DNA from: a bacterium
GTDB lineage: Bacteria > JADJOY01
Direction of reading: 5' to 3'
NCBI GenBank assembly: GCA_046331705.1
Contig: JAXLQJ010000048.1
Span: forward strand, 1 to 57,109
DNA length: 57,109 bases
Positions 55,269-57,109 of the stretch are shown here, in pieces; the stretch's first letter is position 1, and every line of letters begins with the position of its first letter. Both the position numbers and the translations under genes were made by a program. Below the pieces are notes generated by a model. The model saw only the letters and a list, made by a program, of their open reading frames with translations. It was not told where the DNA came from and made no database searches.

Positions 55269-56726
55269 TCACACGGAGCGCGTGGGCGGCTCGAGCGTGT
55301 GCGTGGCGGGCTCGGCCGGCGCGGCGTCGTCGTGGATCGTCACCACGTTTCCGCCCGCGGCCTTGCTCTGGTAGAGCGCGGAATCGGCGGCGGCGAGCAG
55401 CGCGTTCACGTCGGCGAGCGGCGTGCGGCCGAGCGCGATCCCGATGCTCGCGCCGATCTCGACGGTCTGGCCCTCGACGACGATCGGGCGGGCGACGGCG
55501 TCGATCACCTTGTGACCCAACGCCAGCGCCTCCTCCGGCCCGCGCACCGCGAACTGGATCAGCACGAACTCGTCGCCGCCCATGCGCACGCTCAAATCGT
55601 CGCGGCGCGTGACGTGGACCAGACGCTCCGCGACGGCCTTGAGCACCTCGTCGCCCAAGCGATGACCGAGACGATCGTTCACCCCCTTGAAGCGATCGAG
55701 GTCGATGAAGTGCAGCGCGATCTGCTCGTCGGAACGGCGGCGCGCATCGTGTCGCAACCGCTCCAGGCGCTCGACCAGGTGCTGGCGATTCGAGAGCCCG
55801 GTCAACGAGTCGTGGAACGCCAGATGGCGAAGCTTCTGCGCCTCGTGCTGCTCGGTAAGGTCCTGCAGGACGCCGTCGAGAACGATCTCGCCGCCCCGCG
55901 CCCGCGGCACCGGACGTCCCTTGAACGCCGCCAGAAACGACGTGCCATCGCTGCGCAGCGCCCGGATCTGAATGCTGAATTCCCGTTCGGCGGGAGGCGC
56001 GGTGAAGAGCGTGCGGATCACGCGATGGTGCGCGCGATCCACGCGCGCGAGCAGCTCCTCGAGCGTGGAGGGCAAGGGCTGCTCGCCGCCCATCCGAAAG
56101 AGCGTGCGCGCGATCGGATCGAGCTGCAGACGGCGCTCGCCAGGATCCCACCGCCAACCCGCCACCGAGGCGATCTGCTGAAGCTCGAGCGCCCGAGCCT
56201 CCGCCGCCGCCAGCGCATCGATCCGCCGGCGCCGCCCGACCAACCGCCACACCGTGCGCGCGAGCGCCGTGAGTCGTTCGGCGTCGGTGGAATCGTACGG
56301 CGCATCGCGATTGCCGACCCCCATGAGCACGCGGCACGCGCCCCCCTCGATGACCGGCACCCCGAGATGACGCGTGAGGTGCGCGTGGCCCTCGGGATAA
56401 CCGCGGCGATCGGGCAGCGATGGATAGTCGTTGTGGATCACCGCCCGCCCGAGCCGTGCGGCGTCCGCCCACACCCCCGCGGCATCGATGGGGTAATGAC
56501 GGTCGAAGACCGCGGTGCAGTACGCGAACGTGCCGCGCGACCACGCCACCAGCTCGATCGTGCGCTGATCGTCGTTGACGAAGTGCAGATAGCCGATGCG
56601 GCTCTCGCTCAGCTCGACCGCCAGATCGATGGCGCGTTGCACGAGCTCCTGCTCGCTCGCCAACCACGCGAGCTCGTGCAGCTCGAGCTGCACCGCGAGC
56701 TCGCGCTCCTGGATGCGGACGCTCAT
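55269..56726 (-). CDS. GAF-PAS-GGDEF diguanylate cyclase
   Basis: GAF (GYPEGH), PAS-like segment, DLDRFKGVND, intact RxxD I-site and GGDEF. Confidence 0.92.
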   Translation of the reverse strand: MSVRIQERELAVQLELHELAWLASEQELVQRAIDLAVELSESRIGYLHFVNDDQRTIELVAWSRGTFAYCTAVFDRHYPIDAAGVWADAARLGRAVIHNDYPSLPDRRGYPEGHAHLTRHLGVPVIEGGACRVLMGVGNRDAPYDSTDAERLTALARTVWRLVGRRRRIDALAAAEARALELQQIASVAGWRWDPGERRLQLDPIARTLFRMGGEQPLPSTLEELLARVDRAHHRVIRTLFTAPPAEREFSIQIRALRSDGTSFLAAFKGRPVPRARGGEIVLDGVLQDLTEQHEAQKLRHLAFHDSLTGLSNRQHLVERLERLRHDARRRSDEQIALHFIDLDRFKGVNDRLGHRLGDEVLKAVAERLVHVTRRDDLSVRMGGDEFVLIQFAVRGPEEALALGHKVIDAVARPIVVEGQTVEIGASIGIALGRTPLADVNALLAAADSALYQSKAAGGNVVTIHDDAAPAEPATHTLEPPTRSV

Positions 56727-56968
56727 CGAGCCTCGCTCGTGCGGATCCCTGACTCCGGGTGCCGGACGGATCCTACTCCCGCGTCCGCGCACCTGCCATC
56801 CGCGCGCGCCGCGCGCGCCGAATCACGCGCGCCGCGACAGCACCGCCGGCGCGCTCGCGCTCCCCGGCCGCGCAGCCGCCACGCCGCGTCTGCGCCGCGC
56901 CAACAGCGCCTATTCGCTCCGAGCGGGCTGTGCTAATTACTCCGACTCGCTCGCGAACGCGAGCGCAT

Positions 56969-57046
56969 GGTGGGTGTAGCTCAGTCGGTTAGAGCGCCAG
57001 GTTGTGGCCCTGGAGGTCGTGGGTTCGAATCCCATCACTCACCCCA
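56969..57046 (+). tRNA. tRNA-His (GTG)
   Basis: Cloverleaf with G-1, acceptor GTGGGTG/CACTCAC, anticodon GTG at 57004-57006, TTCGAAT loop, C discriminator, encoded CCA. Confidence 0.97.
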
Positions 57047-57059
57047 CGGGAAGTTGAAT

Positions 57060-57085
57060 CGCCTCGGCCGGTTGCGGCCGGGGCG
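57060..57085 (+). terminator. Hairpin downstream of tRNA-His (possible terminator)
   Basis: cgcctcggccg-gttg-cggccggggcg; only a weak T tract follows. Confidence 0.5.
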
Positions 57086-57109
57086 TTCGCGTGTTCAGAA
57101 CGACCAAGT

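Noticed and set aside
56969-57109. tRNA-His as the boundary of an integrated element
   Set aside because: No integrase or duplicated tRNA 3' end noticed in the window; the downstream sequence is cut off

Overview
GC-rich (roughly 70% by eye) bacterial chromosome segment with about 35 genes and a tRNA-His. Lipoproteins, a beta-barrel, sigma54-type promoters and gene content suggest a diderm of the Myxococcota/Binatia type, but this is inference. From left to right: (i) a minus-strand run encoding a heterodimeric ABC exporter, a LonC-type protease, an adenosine-specific-kinase-family protein and a sensor kinase; (ii) an intact 881-aa ORF with type IIG restriction-modification architecture whose catalytic motifs all appear degenerate; (iii) a decayed IS1202/ISNCY-type transposase bracketed by an 89-bp direct repeat; (iv) the highlight, a five-gene operon behind a sigma54-like promoter encoding a diheme-b-type inner-membrane protein, a 32-heme cytochrome, a 24-heme lipoprotein cytochrome made of ten exact 120-bp repeats, an outer-membrane beta-barrel and a membrane-anchored, circularly permuted Fe-S/FAD NAD(P)H oxidoreductase, which together could form an electron wire from cytoplasmic NAD(P)H to the cell exterior; (v) a putative SLOG-like/TIR/TM/WD40 immune-type receptor; (vi) a neutral-lipid (wax ester/TAG) cluster with a KstR-like operator; (vii) assorted hydrolases, a RoxA-like diheme lipoprotein, a GH18, two radical SAM enzymes, glgP, a diguanylate cyclase and tRNA-His. 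All calls come from motif recognition by eye; no searches were run.
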